NCBI RefSeq assembly: GCF_000195955.2
Contig: NC_000962.3
Span: 60,001-92,000 of the forward strand
Reading direction: 5' to 3'
DNA length: 32,000 nucleotides
Source of the DNA: Mycobacterium tuberculosis H37Rv
GTDB taxonomy: Bacteria; Actinomycetota; Actinomycetes; Mycobacteriales; Mycobacteriaceae
Below the pieces are notes generated by a model, which worked only from the letters and a program-made list of their open reading frames with translations, had not been told where the DNA came from and did not search any database. This document shows, piece after piece, positions 20,220 through 28,203 of this stretch (its first letter is position 1; the number at the start of each line of letters is the position of its first letter). The position numbers and the translations under genes were made by a program.

Positions 20220-20253
20220 GAGCCAGATACGGTGAAAGTCGCACGTCCGGTTC
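20220..20253 (+). ncRNA. Degenerate group II intron domain V
   Basis: 34-nt GAGCCAGATACGGTGAAAGTCGCACGTCCGGTTC folds as 5 bp + 4 positions + 2-nt AC bulge + 5 positions + GAAA loop. Two A.C mismatches (6/29 and 10/23) would pair if A were G. Confidence 0.8.
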
Positions 20254-20553
20254 GAAGGGCGGCCACGGGAAACGGACCCGCAGCAACGCGGGCACCGCAC
20301 CCATGGTCGACCCAACTGCCACGCACCCGGTGACCGGTGCGAAGTCCACCATATCGACCAGTGGGCAACCGGCGGCTCAACCGATATCGACAAACTCACC
20401 TTCACCTGCACACCCAACCACAAGCTAGTCGGGAAAGGCTGGCAGACAAGGAAACGGTCCGACGGCCAAACGGAATGGATCCCGCCACCCCACCTCGACC
20501 GCGGTGCCCACACCAACGACTACCACCACCCCGAACGCCTCTTCGACCACTAG
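20236..20553 (+). pseudogene. C-terminal fragment of a 13E12/DUF222-type HNH endonuclease protein
   Basis: Frame read by hand: ...RPNCHAPGDRCEVHHIDQWATGGSTDIDKLTFTCTPNHKLVGKGWQTRKRSDGQTEWIPPPHLDRGAHTNDYHHPERLFDH*. Contains HNH core and the family C-terminal motif, with no N-terminal part. Confidence 0.8.
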
Positions 20554-20623
20554 CGGGCCGCGCCCTGACCACAAAACGTCAAGACCAGGCCCCACAAGTG
20601 CGCCACGTTGGTAGCCTCTGGGA

Positions 20624-21673
20624 ATGCTCTTCGCGGCCCTGCGTGACATGCAATGGAGAAAGCGCCGCCTGGTCATCACGATCATCAGCACCGGGCTGAT
20701 CTTCGGGATGACGCTTGTTTTGACCGGACTCGCGAACGGCTTCCGGGTGGAGGCCCGGCACACCGTCGATTCCATGGGTGTCGATGTATTCGTCGTCAGA
20801 TCCGGCGCTGCTGGACCTTTTCTGGGTTCAATACCGTTTCCCGATGTTGACCTGGCCCGAGTGGCCGCTGAACCCGGTGTCATGGCCGCGGCCCCGTTGG
20901 GCAGCGTGGGGACGATCATGAAAGAAGGCACGTCGACGCGAAACGTCACGGTCTTCGGCGCGCCCGAGCACGGACCTGGCATGCCACGGGTCTCAGAGGG
21001 TCGGTCACCGTCGAAACCGGACGAAGTCGCGGCATCGAGCACGATGGGCCGACACCTCGGTGACACTGTCGAGGTCGGCGCGCGCAGATTGCGGGTCGTT
21101 GGCATTGTGCCGAATTCCACCGCGCTGGCCAAGATCCCCAATGTCTTCCTCACGACCGAGGGCTTACAGAAATTGGCGTACAACGGGCAGCCGAATATCA
21201 CGTCCATCGGGATCATAGGTATGCCCCGACAGCTGCCGGAGGGTTACCAGACTTTCGATCGGGTGGGCGCTGTCAATGATTTGGTGCGCCCATTGAAGGT
21301 CGCAGTGAATTCGATCTCGATCGTGGCTGTTTTGCTGTGGATTGTGGCGGTGCTGATCGTCGGCTCGGTGGTGTACCTTTCGGCTCTTGAGCGGCTACGT
21401 GACTTCGCGGTGTTCAAGGCGATTGGCACGCCAACGCGCTCGATTATGGCCGGGCTCGCATTACAGGCGCTGGTCATTGCGTTGCTTGCGGCGGTGGTGG
21501 GCGTCGTCCTGGCGCAGGTGTTGGCACCACTGTTTCCGATGATTGTCGCGGTACCCGTCGGTGCTTACCTGGCGCTACCGGTGGCCGCGATCGTCATCGG
21601 TCTGTTCGCTAGTGTTGCCGGATTGAAGCGCGTGGTGACGGTCGATCCCGCGCAGGCGTTCGGAGGTCCCTAG
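20624..21673 (+). CDS. ABC transporter permease (FtsX/DevC-like)
   Basis: 349 aa with an N-terminal TM segment, a periplasmic domain and three C-terminal TM segments including AIGTPTRSIMAGLALQALVIALLAAVVG. Confidence 0.9.
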   Translation: MLFAALRDMQWRKRRLVITIISTGLIFGMTLVLTGLANGFRVEARHTVDSMGVDVFVVRSGAAGPFLGSIPFPDVDLARVAAEPGVMAAAPLGSVGTIMKEGTSTRNVTVFGAPEHGPGMPRVSEGRSPSKPDEVAASSTMGRHLGDTVEVGARRLRVVGIVPNSTALAKIPNVFLTTEGLQKLAYNGQPNITSIGIIGMPRQLPEGYQTFDRVGAVNDLVRPLKVAVNSISIVAVLLWIVAVLIVGSVVYLSALERLRDFAVFKAIGTPTRSIMAGLALQALVIALLAAVVGVVLAQVLAPLFPMIVAVPVGAYLALPVAAIVIGLFASVAGLKRVVTVDPAQAFGGP

Positions 21674-21675
21674 CG

Positions 21676-22668
21676 GTGGGCGATCTCAGCATTCAGAACC
21701 TCGTCGTTGAGTACTACAGCGGTGGATACGCGCTTAGGCCGATCAACGGTTTGAACCTCGACGTGGCAGCCGGGTCGTTGGTGATGCTGCTCGGACCCAG
21801 CGGCTGCGGCAAGACGACACTGCTTTCCTGTCTGGGCGGCATTCTGCGCCCGAAGTCTGGGGCGATCAAGTTCGACGAAGTCGACATCACGACGCTACAA
21901 GGCGCCGAGCTGGCGAACTACCGGCGTAACAAGGTCGGCATCGTGTTCCAGGCGTTCAATCTGGTGCCCAGCCTGACCGCTGTCGAGAACGTGATGGTGC
22001 CGTTACGCTCGGCCGGGATGTCACGCAGGGCGTCGCGTAGGCGTGCCGAAGAACTGCTGGCGCGCGTCAATCTCGCGGAACGAATGAATCATCGACCCGG
22101 TGATCTGAGCGGAGGTCAGCAGCAACGAGTCGCGGTGGCACGCGCGATTGCGCTGGATCCGCCACTGATCCTCGCTGACGAACCGACCGCACACCTGGAT
22201 TTCATCCAGGTGGAGGAGGTGCTGCGGTTGATCCGCGAACTGGCCGATGGCGAGCGTGTGGTCGTGGTCGCAACCCACGACAGCAGGATGTTGCCGATGG
22301 CCGATCGCGTCGTTGAGCTGACACCCGATTTCGCGGAGACAAATCGGCCACCTGAAACCGTACATCTTCAGGCCGGCGAGGTGCTGTTCGAGCAGAGCAC
22401 GATGGGCGACCTGATCTACGTGGTGTCGGAGGGCGAGTTTGAGATTGTGCACGAATTGGCCGACGGCGGTGAGGAATTGGTCAAGGTTGCCGGGCCGGGG
22501 GATTACTTCGGCGAGATAGGCGTGCTGTTTCACCTGCCGCGCTCGGCGACCGTGCGTGCCCGCAGCGACGCGACGGCCGTCGGCTATACCGTGCAGGCGT
22601 TTCGTGAGCGGCTCGGCGTGGGGGGTCTGCGCGATCTGATCGAGCATCGTGCGCTTGCCAACGACTAA
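21676..22668 (+). CDS. ABC transporter ATP-binding protein fused to a C-terminal cyclic-nucleotide-binding-like domain
   Basis: Walker A GPSGCGKTT, signature LSGGQQQRVAVARA, Walker B LILADEPT, then a cNMP-binding-like fold segment: LQAGEVLFEQSTMGDLIYVVSEGEFEIV...GPGDYFGEIGVLFHLPRSATVRA. Confidence 0.93.
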   Translation: MGDLSIQNLVVEYYSGGYALRPINGLNLDVAAGSLVMLLGPSGCGKTTLLSCLGGILRPKSGAIKFDEVDITTLQGAELANYRRNKVGIVFQAFNLVPSLTAVENVMVPLRSAGMSRRASRRRAEELLARVNLAERMNHRPGDLSGGQQQRVAVARAIALDPPLILADEPTAHLDFIQVEEVLRLIRELADGERVVVVATHDSRMLPMADRVVELTPDFAETNRPPETVHLQAGEVLFEQSTMGDLIYVVSEGEFEIVHELADGGEELVKVAGPGDYFGEIGVLFHLPRSATVRARSDATAVGYTVQAFRERLGVGGLRDLIEHRALAND

Positions 22669-22747
22669 CCCGGCTTGGCCGGAACTAGCCACTGCCGGGG
22701 CAGCGGTGGCGGTTCACACCGCGTGCGCGTTTGGAGGTCCCTGAGCG

Positions 22748-23983
22748 ATGGGCGATCTGAGCATTAGCCAGGTGTCGGCGCGTCCGGGACGGATCGGGAT
22801 TCGCGCTAGGCAAATGTTCGACGGATACCGGTTTCAGCGTGGTCCCGTGCTGGTCGTGGTCGAGGATGGTCGGATCAGCGCGGTCGATTTTGCTGGCTCC
22901 GCCTGCCCCGATATGAACCTGGTTGATCTGGGTGAATCGACTTTGTTGCCGGGTCTGGTGGATGCGCATGCGCATTTGTGCTGGGACCCCGACGGTAGGC
23001 CAGAGGATTTGGCCGGCGACCCCCATGCGGTGCTGGTGGGACGGGCGCGACGGCACGCCGCGGCCGCGTTGCGCTCCGGGATCACCACGATTCGCGATCT
23101 CGGCGACCGTGACTATGCGGCCTTGGCGCTGCGGGAGGAGTATCGGCAGAAAACGACGGTGGGGCCGGAACTGGTGGTTTCTGGGCCACCATTGACTCGC
23201 AGCGGCGGGCATTGCTGGTTCCTCGGCGGCGTGGCCGATAGCGTCGAGGAGCTGGTTGATGCGGTGCAGGAGCGGGCCGCGCGGGGAGCGGATTGGATCA
23301 AGGTGATGGCCACGGGCGGATTCGTTACCACAGCATCCGATCCGTGGCAGCCGCAGTACGGCAGCGGCCAACTGGCCGCGGTGGTGGCGGCCGCCGAGCA
23401 GGTAGGTCTACCGGTGACCGCACATGCACATGCCACCGCAGGGATCGCCGCGGCGGTCGCCGCGGGTGTTGACGGCATCGAGCACTGCACGTTCTTGAGC
23501 GAAGGCAGCGCCGCCGCCAGCCCGGATGTTGTTGAAGCGATTGTTGCCCAAGGTGTGTGGTGCGGTATGACGATTCCCCGGGTGTATCCGGAGATGCCGG
23601 AGAACCTTGTCGCGGTTGTGCAGGATGGATGGCGAAACATCCGCCGGCTCATCGACGCCGGTGCGCGTGTCGCCCTGTCCACCGACGCTGGAGTCGCCCC
23701 GGGCAGACGCCATGACGTGCTCCCCGACGATTTGGTGTATCTGTCTCGACACGGGTTCACCAGCACAGAGGTGCTGACCGGCGCCACCGCAGCGGCCGCT
23801 GCCAGCTGTGGGCTCGGCCACCGCAAGGGTCGCATCGCGCCGGGCTACGACGCTGATCTGCTGGCTGTTGCGGCAGGTGTGGACCATGACCCCGCCGGAC
23901 TCTGCGACGTCAAAGCCGTCTGGCGCAGCGGAACCCAGGTACCGCTACAAGCATCCGCTGTGGGCTACAACACCCCGTCATAA
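22748..23983 (+). CDS. Metal-dependent amidohydrolase (imidazolonepropionase/prolidase-like)
   Basis: 411 aa with LLPGLVDAHAHLCW, PVTAHAHATAGIAAAVAAGVDGIEHC and ALSTDAG metal-ligand motifs. Confidence 0.92.
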   Translation: MGDLSISQVSARPGRIGIRARQMFDGYRFQRGPVLVVVEDGRISAVDFAGSACPDMNLVDLGESTLLPGLVDAHAHLCWDPDGRPEDLAGDPHAVLVGRARRHAAAALRSGITTIRDLGDRDYAALALREEYRQKTTVGPELVVSGPPLTRSGGHCWFLGGVADSVEELVDAVQERAARGADWIKVMATGGFVTTASDPWQPQYGSGQLAAVVAAAEQVGLPVTAHAHATAGIAAAVAAGVDGIEHCTFLSEGSAAASPDVVEAIVAQGVWCGMTIPRVYPEMPENLVAVVQDGWRNIRRLIDAGARVALSTDAGVAPGRRHDVLPDDLVYLSRHGFTSTEVLTGATAAAAASCGLGHRKGRIAPGYDADLLAVAAGVDHDPAGLCDVKAVWRSGTQVPLQASAVGYNTPS

Positions 23984-23994
23984 CCCCGTCATAA
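23973..23994 (+). repeat. 11-bp tandem duplication CCCCGTCATAA x2 spanning the amidohydrolase stop
   Basis: Copies at 23973-23983 and 23984-23994, abutting ATG 23996 of the next gene. Confidence 0.95.
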
Positions 23995-23995
23995 A

Positions 23996-25168
23996 ATGCA
24001 GGACAGCATCTTCAATCTGTTGACCGAGGAACAGCTTCGGGGTCGCAACACGCTCAAGTGGAACTATTTCGGGCCCGATGTAGTGCCACTGTGGCTGGCG
24101 GAGATGGACTTTCCCACCGCACCGGCTGTGCTCGACGGGGTGCGGGCGTGCGTCGACAACGAGGAGTTCGGCTACCCGCCGTTGGGCGAGGACAGCCTGC
24201 CGAGGGCGACGGCCGATTGGTGCCGACAACGCTACGGTTGGTGCCCCCGACCGGACTGGGTCCGCGTCGTGCCGGATGTCCTGAAGGGGATGGAAGTCGT
24301 CGTCGAATTCCTTACCCGGCCGGAGAGTCCGGTCGCGTTGCCGGTTCCGGCTTACATGCCGTTTTTCGACGTCCTGCACGTCACCGGCCGCCAACGAGTG
24401 GAAGTCCCAATGGTGCAGCAAGACTCGGGACGCTACCTGCTGGACCTGGACGCTCTGCAGGCCGCGTTCGTCCGCGGTGCCGGATCGGTGATTATCTGCA
24501 ATCCGAATAACCCACTGGGTACGGCGTTCACCGAAGCCGAGCTACGTGCGATTGTGGATATCGCGGCCCGCCACGGCGCCCGGGTGATCGCGGATGAGAT
24601 CTGGGCACCGGTGGTCTACGGATCGCGCCATGTCGCCGCCGCTTCGGTGTCGGAGGCGGCGGCTGAAGTCGTGGTCACGTTGGTGTCGGCGTCCAAAGGC
24701 TGGAACTTGCCGGGTCTGATGTGCGCTCAGGTGATCCTGTCTAACCGCCGTGACGCCCACGACTGGGACCGGATCAACATGTTGCACCGCATGGGCGCAT
24801 CAACGGTCGGTATCCGCGCGAACATCGCCGCCTACCATCATGGCGAATCTTGGTTGGACGAGCTGCTCCCTTATCTGCGGGCGAACCGTGATCATCTGGC
24901 ACGGGCGCTGCCGGAGTTAGCTCCCGGGGTAGAGGTCAACGCTCCGGACGGTACCTACCTGTCGTGGGTGGATTTCCGTGCGCTGGCTCTGCCGTCTGAA
25001 CCGGCGGAATACCTGCTCTCGAAGGCGAAGGTGGCGCTGTCGCCTGGCATTCCGTTCGGCGCCGCGGTGGGCTCGGGATTTGCGCGGCTGAACTTCGCCA
25101 CCACCCGCGCAATACTGGATCGGGCGATCGAGGCTATCGCGGCCGCCCTGCGCGACATCATCGATTAA
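23996..25168 (+). CDS. PLP-dependent aminotransferase/C-S lyase, MalY/PatB type
   Basis: 390 aa with GPDVVPLWLAEMDFPTAPAV, IICNPNNPLGTAFTEAEL and LVSASKGWNLPGLMCAQVI (PLP lysine). Confidence 0.93.
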   Translation: MQDSIFNLLTEEQLRGRNTLKWNYFGPDVVPLWLAEMDFPTAPAVLDGVRACVDNEEFGYPPLGEDSLPRATADWCRQRYGWCPRPDWVRVVPDVLKGMEVVVEFLTRPESPVALPVPAYMPFFDVLHVTGRQRVEVPMVQQDSGRYLLDLDALQAAFVRGAGSVIICNPNNPLGTAFTEAELRAIVDIAARHGARVIADEIWAPVVYGSRHVAAASVSEAAAEVVVTLVSASKGWNLPGLMCAQVILSNRRDAHDWDRINMLHRMGASTVGIRANIAAYHHGESWLDELLPYLRANRDHLARALPELAPGVEVNAPDGTYLSWVDFRALALPSEPAEYLLSKAKVALSPGIPFGAAVGSGFARLNFATTRAILDRAIEAIAAALRDIID

Positions 25169-25182
25169 GCCAACCAGTAGAT

Positions 25183-25572
25183 TCACAACGCTGCGGCGTG
25201 TTGGGTCAGGCTGAAGAAGATGTAGGCGAGGCAGATCAGGAAGTTCAGTGCCACGAGAACCAAACCCAGACAGATTAGTGAATGCGTGGCTCGGCGTTGT
25301 AGGCGGTGGAATTTCGCGACGCGCTTCTCATGGTTCAGCTGGGTCACGATCAGTGCGAACTTGACGTCGGTCCATTCTTCGTCGGCGGCGGGAGCGCCCA
25401 ACAGCATTTCCTGAAGGCGCTTCGGCGGGGCTTCGACGCCGACCCGCGCGAAGTGCTGGCTCAGCCGCCGGGCTTGCCTGCGGCCAAGAATCTGACCCCG
25501 CACCGGTGGCTGATGCGAGAGCTTCCTTCGTTCGTCCCCCCAGTGGTTGGACGGGGTCGTCACAGCGGGCAT
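25183..25572 (-). CDS. Small hypothetical protein with one C-terminal TM segment (Rv0076c-like)
   Basis: 129 aa ending HSLICLGLVLVALNFLICLAYIFFSLTQHAAAL. Confidence 0.7.
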   Translation of the reverse strand: MPAVTTPSNHWGDERRKLSHQPPVRGQILGRRQARRLSQHFARVGVEAPPKRLQEMLLGAPAADEEWTDVKFALIVTQLNHEKRVAKFHRLQRRATHSLICLGLVLVALNFLICLAYIFFSLTQHAAAL

Positions 25573-25635
25573 TCTAAGTCCCGCGGGCCACAAAAGGCAG
25601 TGCCGCGGAACTTCTTGGCCCAAACGGGCACCCGG

Positions 25636-26466
25636 CTACGTGCGCACCGCGACCGTCGACAACTGGTCGGCGAGCCGGTCCGGGGAATCCACCATCGAGA
25701 ACGTCCGTGCTCCCTCGATTACCTCGAAACGGGCGCGCGGGATGGTCGCGGCGAGCCGTTGACCGTTCTCGAGTGCGAAGAACACGTCATCCGCCGACCA
25801 CGCGATGAGCGCCGGCTTGTCGAATTCAGGCAGCCGGGCGGCGACTGCGGTGGTGACTTCGGTGCGCAGCGATAGCGAGAGCTGACGCAGGTCTTCGGCG
25901 ATGGCCGGGTTGGATAGCGCCGGACGAACCCAGGCCCGGGTGAGATGGTCGATGTTGTGGTGCGACAAACCGGCATACGCGCGGTTACGCGCGGCCGGTG
26001 CCCGCATCACCTGGATCGCGGCCCGGAACAGGGTGGCCGATTTCGCGGCCAGGATCACCGGTTTGAGGATCGGCGGCGGAAAGTGTTCGAACGCATCGCA
26101 ACTAGTGAGGACCAGGGCACCGAGCCGTTCGGGATAGTGGACCGCGACGAGCTGGGTGACGACCCCGCCGGTGTCGTTGCCGACCAGCACCACGTCCTTG
26201 AGCTCGAGCGCGGCAAGGACGTCGGCGACGATGCCGGCAACCCCGCCGATGGTCTGGTCGGCGCCGGGGCGTAGCGGCTTAGGATGCGCACCCAGCGGCC
26301 AGGTGGGGGCGATGCAGCGCAGGCCACGACCGGCGAGTCGCTCACTGACCCGTCGCCATAGTTGACCGCCCATCATGTACCCGTGCACGAACACGACAGG
26401 CCTGCCAGTTTCGGGTCCGGTTGCTTCGTAATGAATAGTTCCGGCACTAATGTCGATCGTCGACAT
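25636..26466 (-). CDS. Alpha/beta hydrolase
   Basis: 276 aa with VVFVHGYMMGGQLWRRV and LVGNDTGGVVTQLVA. The usual nucleophile Ser/Asp position reads GNDTGG (Asp), as in haloalkane dehalogenase-type enzymes. Confidence 0.9.
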   Translation of the reverse strand: MSTIDISAGTIHYEATGPETGRPVVFVHGYMMGGQLWRRVSERLAGRGLRCIAPTWPLGAHPKPLRPGADQTIGGVAGIVADVLAALELKDVVLVGNDTGGVVTQLVAVHYPERLGALVLTSCDAFEHFPPPILKPVILAAKSATLFRAAIQVMRAPAARNRAYAGLSHHNIDHLTRAWVRPALSNPAIAEDLRQLSLSLRTEVTTAVAARLPEFDKPALIAWSADDVFFALENGQRLAATIPRARFEVIEGARTFSMVDSPDRLADQLSTVAVRT

Positions 26467-26506
26467 GGATGCCCACCCTTCGAGGTACATTTACAAGCAG
26501 ACTGCC

Positions 26507-26517
26507 GGTAACTTACC
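26507..26517. promoter_or_regulatory. Candidate TetR-type operator in the 61-bp Rv0077c/Rv0078-like divergent gap
   Basis: Perfect palindrome GGTAA-C-TTACC, with a related element GGTACATTTAC at 26484-26494. Confidence 0.5.
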
Positions 26518-26527
26518 AACAGATTGT

Positions 26528-27133
26528 ATGGAAATCAAGAGACGCACCCAGGAGGAACGCTCCGCGGCGACCCGCGAGGCGCTGATCACCGGGGCCCGCA
26601 AGCTGTGGGGGTTACGGGGTTATGCGGAGGTGGGGACGCCGGAAATCGCGACCGAGGCGGGGGTCACGCGGGGGGCGATGTACCACCAATTCGCCGATAA
26701 AGCAGCACTATTCCGCGATGTGGTGGAGGTCGTGGAGCAAGACGTGATGGCCCGGATGGCCACCTTGGTCGCCGCCTCGGGGGCGGCGACGCCGGCCGAT
26801 GCAATCCGGGCAGCGGTCGATGCCTGGCTCGAGGTATCTGGTGATCCGGAGGTGCGTCAGCTGATCCTGCTGGATGCGCCCGTCGTGCTGGGCTGGGCGG
26901 GTTTCCGCGACGTCGCCCAGCGATACAGCCTGGGCATGACCGAACAGTTGATCACCGAGGCGATCCGGGCCGGCCAGTTGGCTCGTCAACCGGTGCGGCC
27001 GCTGGCCCAGGTGCTCATTGGCGCGCTCGACGAGGCGGCGATGTTCATCGCCACCGCCGACGACCCCAAGCGCGCCCGTCGGGAGACCAGACAGGTGCTG
27101 CGCCGGCTCATCGACGGGATGCTTAACGGCTAG
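26528..27133 (+). CDS. TetR-family transcriptional regulator
   Basis: 201 aa with TREALITGARKLWGLRGYAEVGTPEIATEAGVTRGAMYHQFADKAALFRDVV. Divergent from the hydrolase. Confidence 0.94.
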   Translation: MEIKRRTQEERSAATREALITGARKLWGLRGYAEVGTPEIATEAGVTRGAMYHQFADKAALFRDVVEVVEQDVMARMATLVAASGAATPADAIRAAVDAWLEVSGDPEVRQLILLDAPVVLGWAGFRDVAQRYSLGMTEQLITEAIRAGQLARQPVRPLAQVLIGALDEAAMFIATADDPKRARRETRQVLRRLIDGMLNG

Positions 27134-27207
27134 CGCTGGGCGCGGCCTCGGCAAAATGGCTTGCGGACCGGGATCTGAGTTCCAGAACTGGGCGCAGGAC
27201 TGGCTGG

Positions 27208-27801
27208 TCACCACTTGGCGGCGAGGCGTGTCCATTCCGCTGCCAGGTCGCGGTCCCGGTGGAAGCCGCGCAGGGTAATCAGCTCGATAGCTTTGCGCGC
27301 ATCTTGGATATCTTGAGGCGATGCGGCGTCCACGAGCGCACGTAGATCACTGCGATCCTGGGGTCGCCGATCATCATCTCTCGCAAGAAGTTTCATCGCG
27401 ATCAGATGCGCCGTTGTGGCCACCGGAGCGACTAGATCGGGCAAGATCTCGATCTCCTCGGCAGCCTCCGCAATCTCCGGTTCGATGCCACAGCTCGCGA
27501 AAAGGAGGTCCACCACAACATTCGCGGCAGTGTCTGCGGTTGCTCCGAGACGGACCGCTGCCAACCGTCTGGCCGCGTCCTGCTCTACCGACGCCAGGAG
27601 ATGGTACTGCTGGGTAAGAAGTTGACGGACTAAAGATTCCGCGGCATCGTCGTTTGCCACCGCGACAACAATGTCCACGTCACGGGTGAAACGTGGTTCG
27701 GATCGCGCAGACACCGCGAAACCACCAACCAGCGCCCACCGCTGACGCAATCCGGTCAGGTCCTTGGCGACCCTACGGAGTGTCGACTCCACAGCGTTCA
27801 T
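27208..27801 (-). CDS. menT1: MenT/AbiEii-type nucleotidyltransferase toxin
   Basis: 197 aa with WALVGGFAVSARSEPRFTRDVDIVVA (GG..DxD NTase motif) and MKLLARDDDRRPQDRSDLRALV. Overlaps the small upstream gene by 4 nt. Confidence 0.85.
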   Translation of the reverse strand: MNAVESTLRRVAKDLTGLRQRWALVGGFAVSARSEPRFTRDVDIVVAVANDDAAESLVRQLLTQQYHLLASVEQDAARRLAAVRLGATADTAANVVVDLLFASCGIEPEIAEAAEEIEILPDLVAPVATTAHLIAMKLLARDDDRRPQDRSDLRALVDAASPQDIQDARKAIELITLRGFHRDRDLAAEWTRLAAKW

Positions 27802-28004
27802 GTGAACCGTGTGGACGTCGGGCCTGCGCTGTCACCCTCCTCCGCCCCGGGACGCGTCATCCTCCACGCGTCGATAGCTGCTTCAATTTCAACAACGTCC
27901 GCATTGGGCCGTTCACGACCCAGCCTCATGCGCTGCATCTGCTCGCCAACCTCGTACATGTCCAGAGCGAGCCTCAGCTTCTGCGCAGCGACGGAAACTG
28001 CCAC
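27798..28004 (-). CDS. menA1: Cognate small antitoxin-like protein
   Basis: 68 aa, QKLRLALDMYEVGEQMQRMRLGRERPNADVVEIEAAIDAWRMTRPGAEEGD; ATGA overlap with the NTase gene. Confidence 0.75.
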   Translation of the reverse strand: MAVSVAAQKLRLALDMYEVGEQMQRMRLGRERPNADVVEIEAAIDAWRMTRPGAEEGDSAGPTSTRFT

Positions 28005-28114
28005 ACTCAAAGCCTACTGGGCGCACGTGTGGCAACGAGTCGATCCACACGAAATGCCGCCGTTGGGCCGCGGACTAGCCGAATTTTCCGGGTGGTGACA
28101 CAGCCCACATTTGG

Positions 28115-28134
28115 CATGGGACTTTCGGCCCTGT
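28115..28134. promoter_or_regulatory. Candidate DosR box upstream of the Rv0079-like gene
   Basis: CATGGGACTTTCGGCCCTGT. The core GGGACTTTcGgCCC matches 12 of 14 positions of the central consensus GGGACTWWAGTCCC, about 70 bp before GTG 28204. Confidence 0.6.
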
Positions 28135-28203
28135 CCGCGTCCGTGTCGGCCAGACAAGCTTTGGGCATTGGCCACAATCGGGCCACAATCGAAAGCCGAG
28201 CAG

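Noticed and set aside
28111-28203. Upstream ATG extension of the Rv0079-like ORF
   Set aside because: It starts inside the candidate DosR box and the extension has no domain character. GTG 28204 is preferred.
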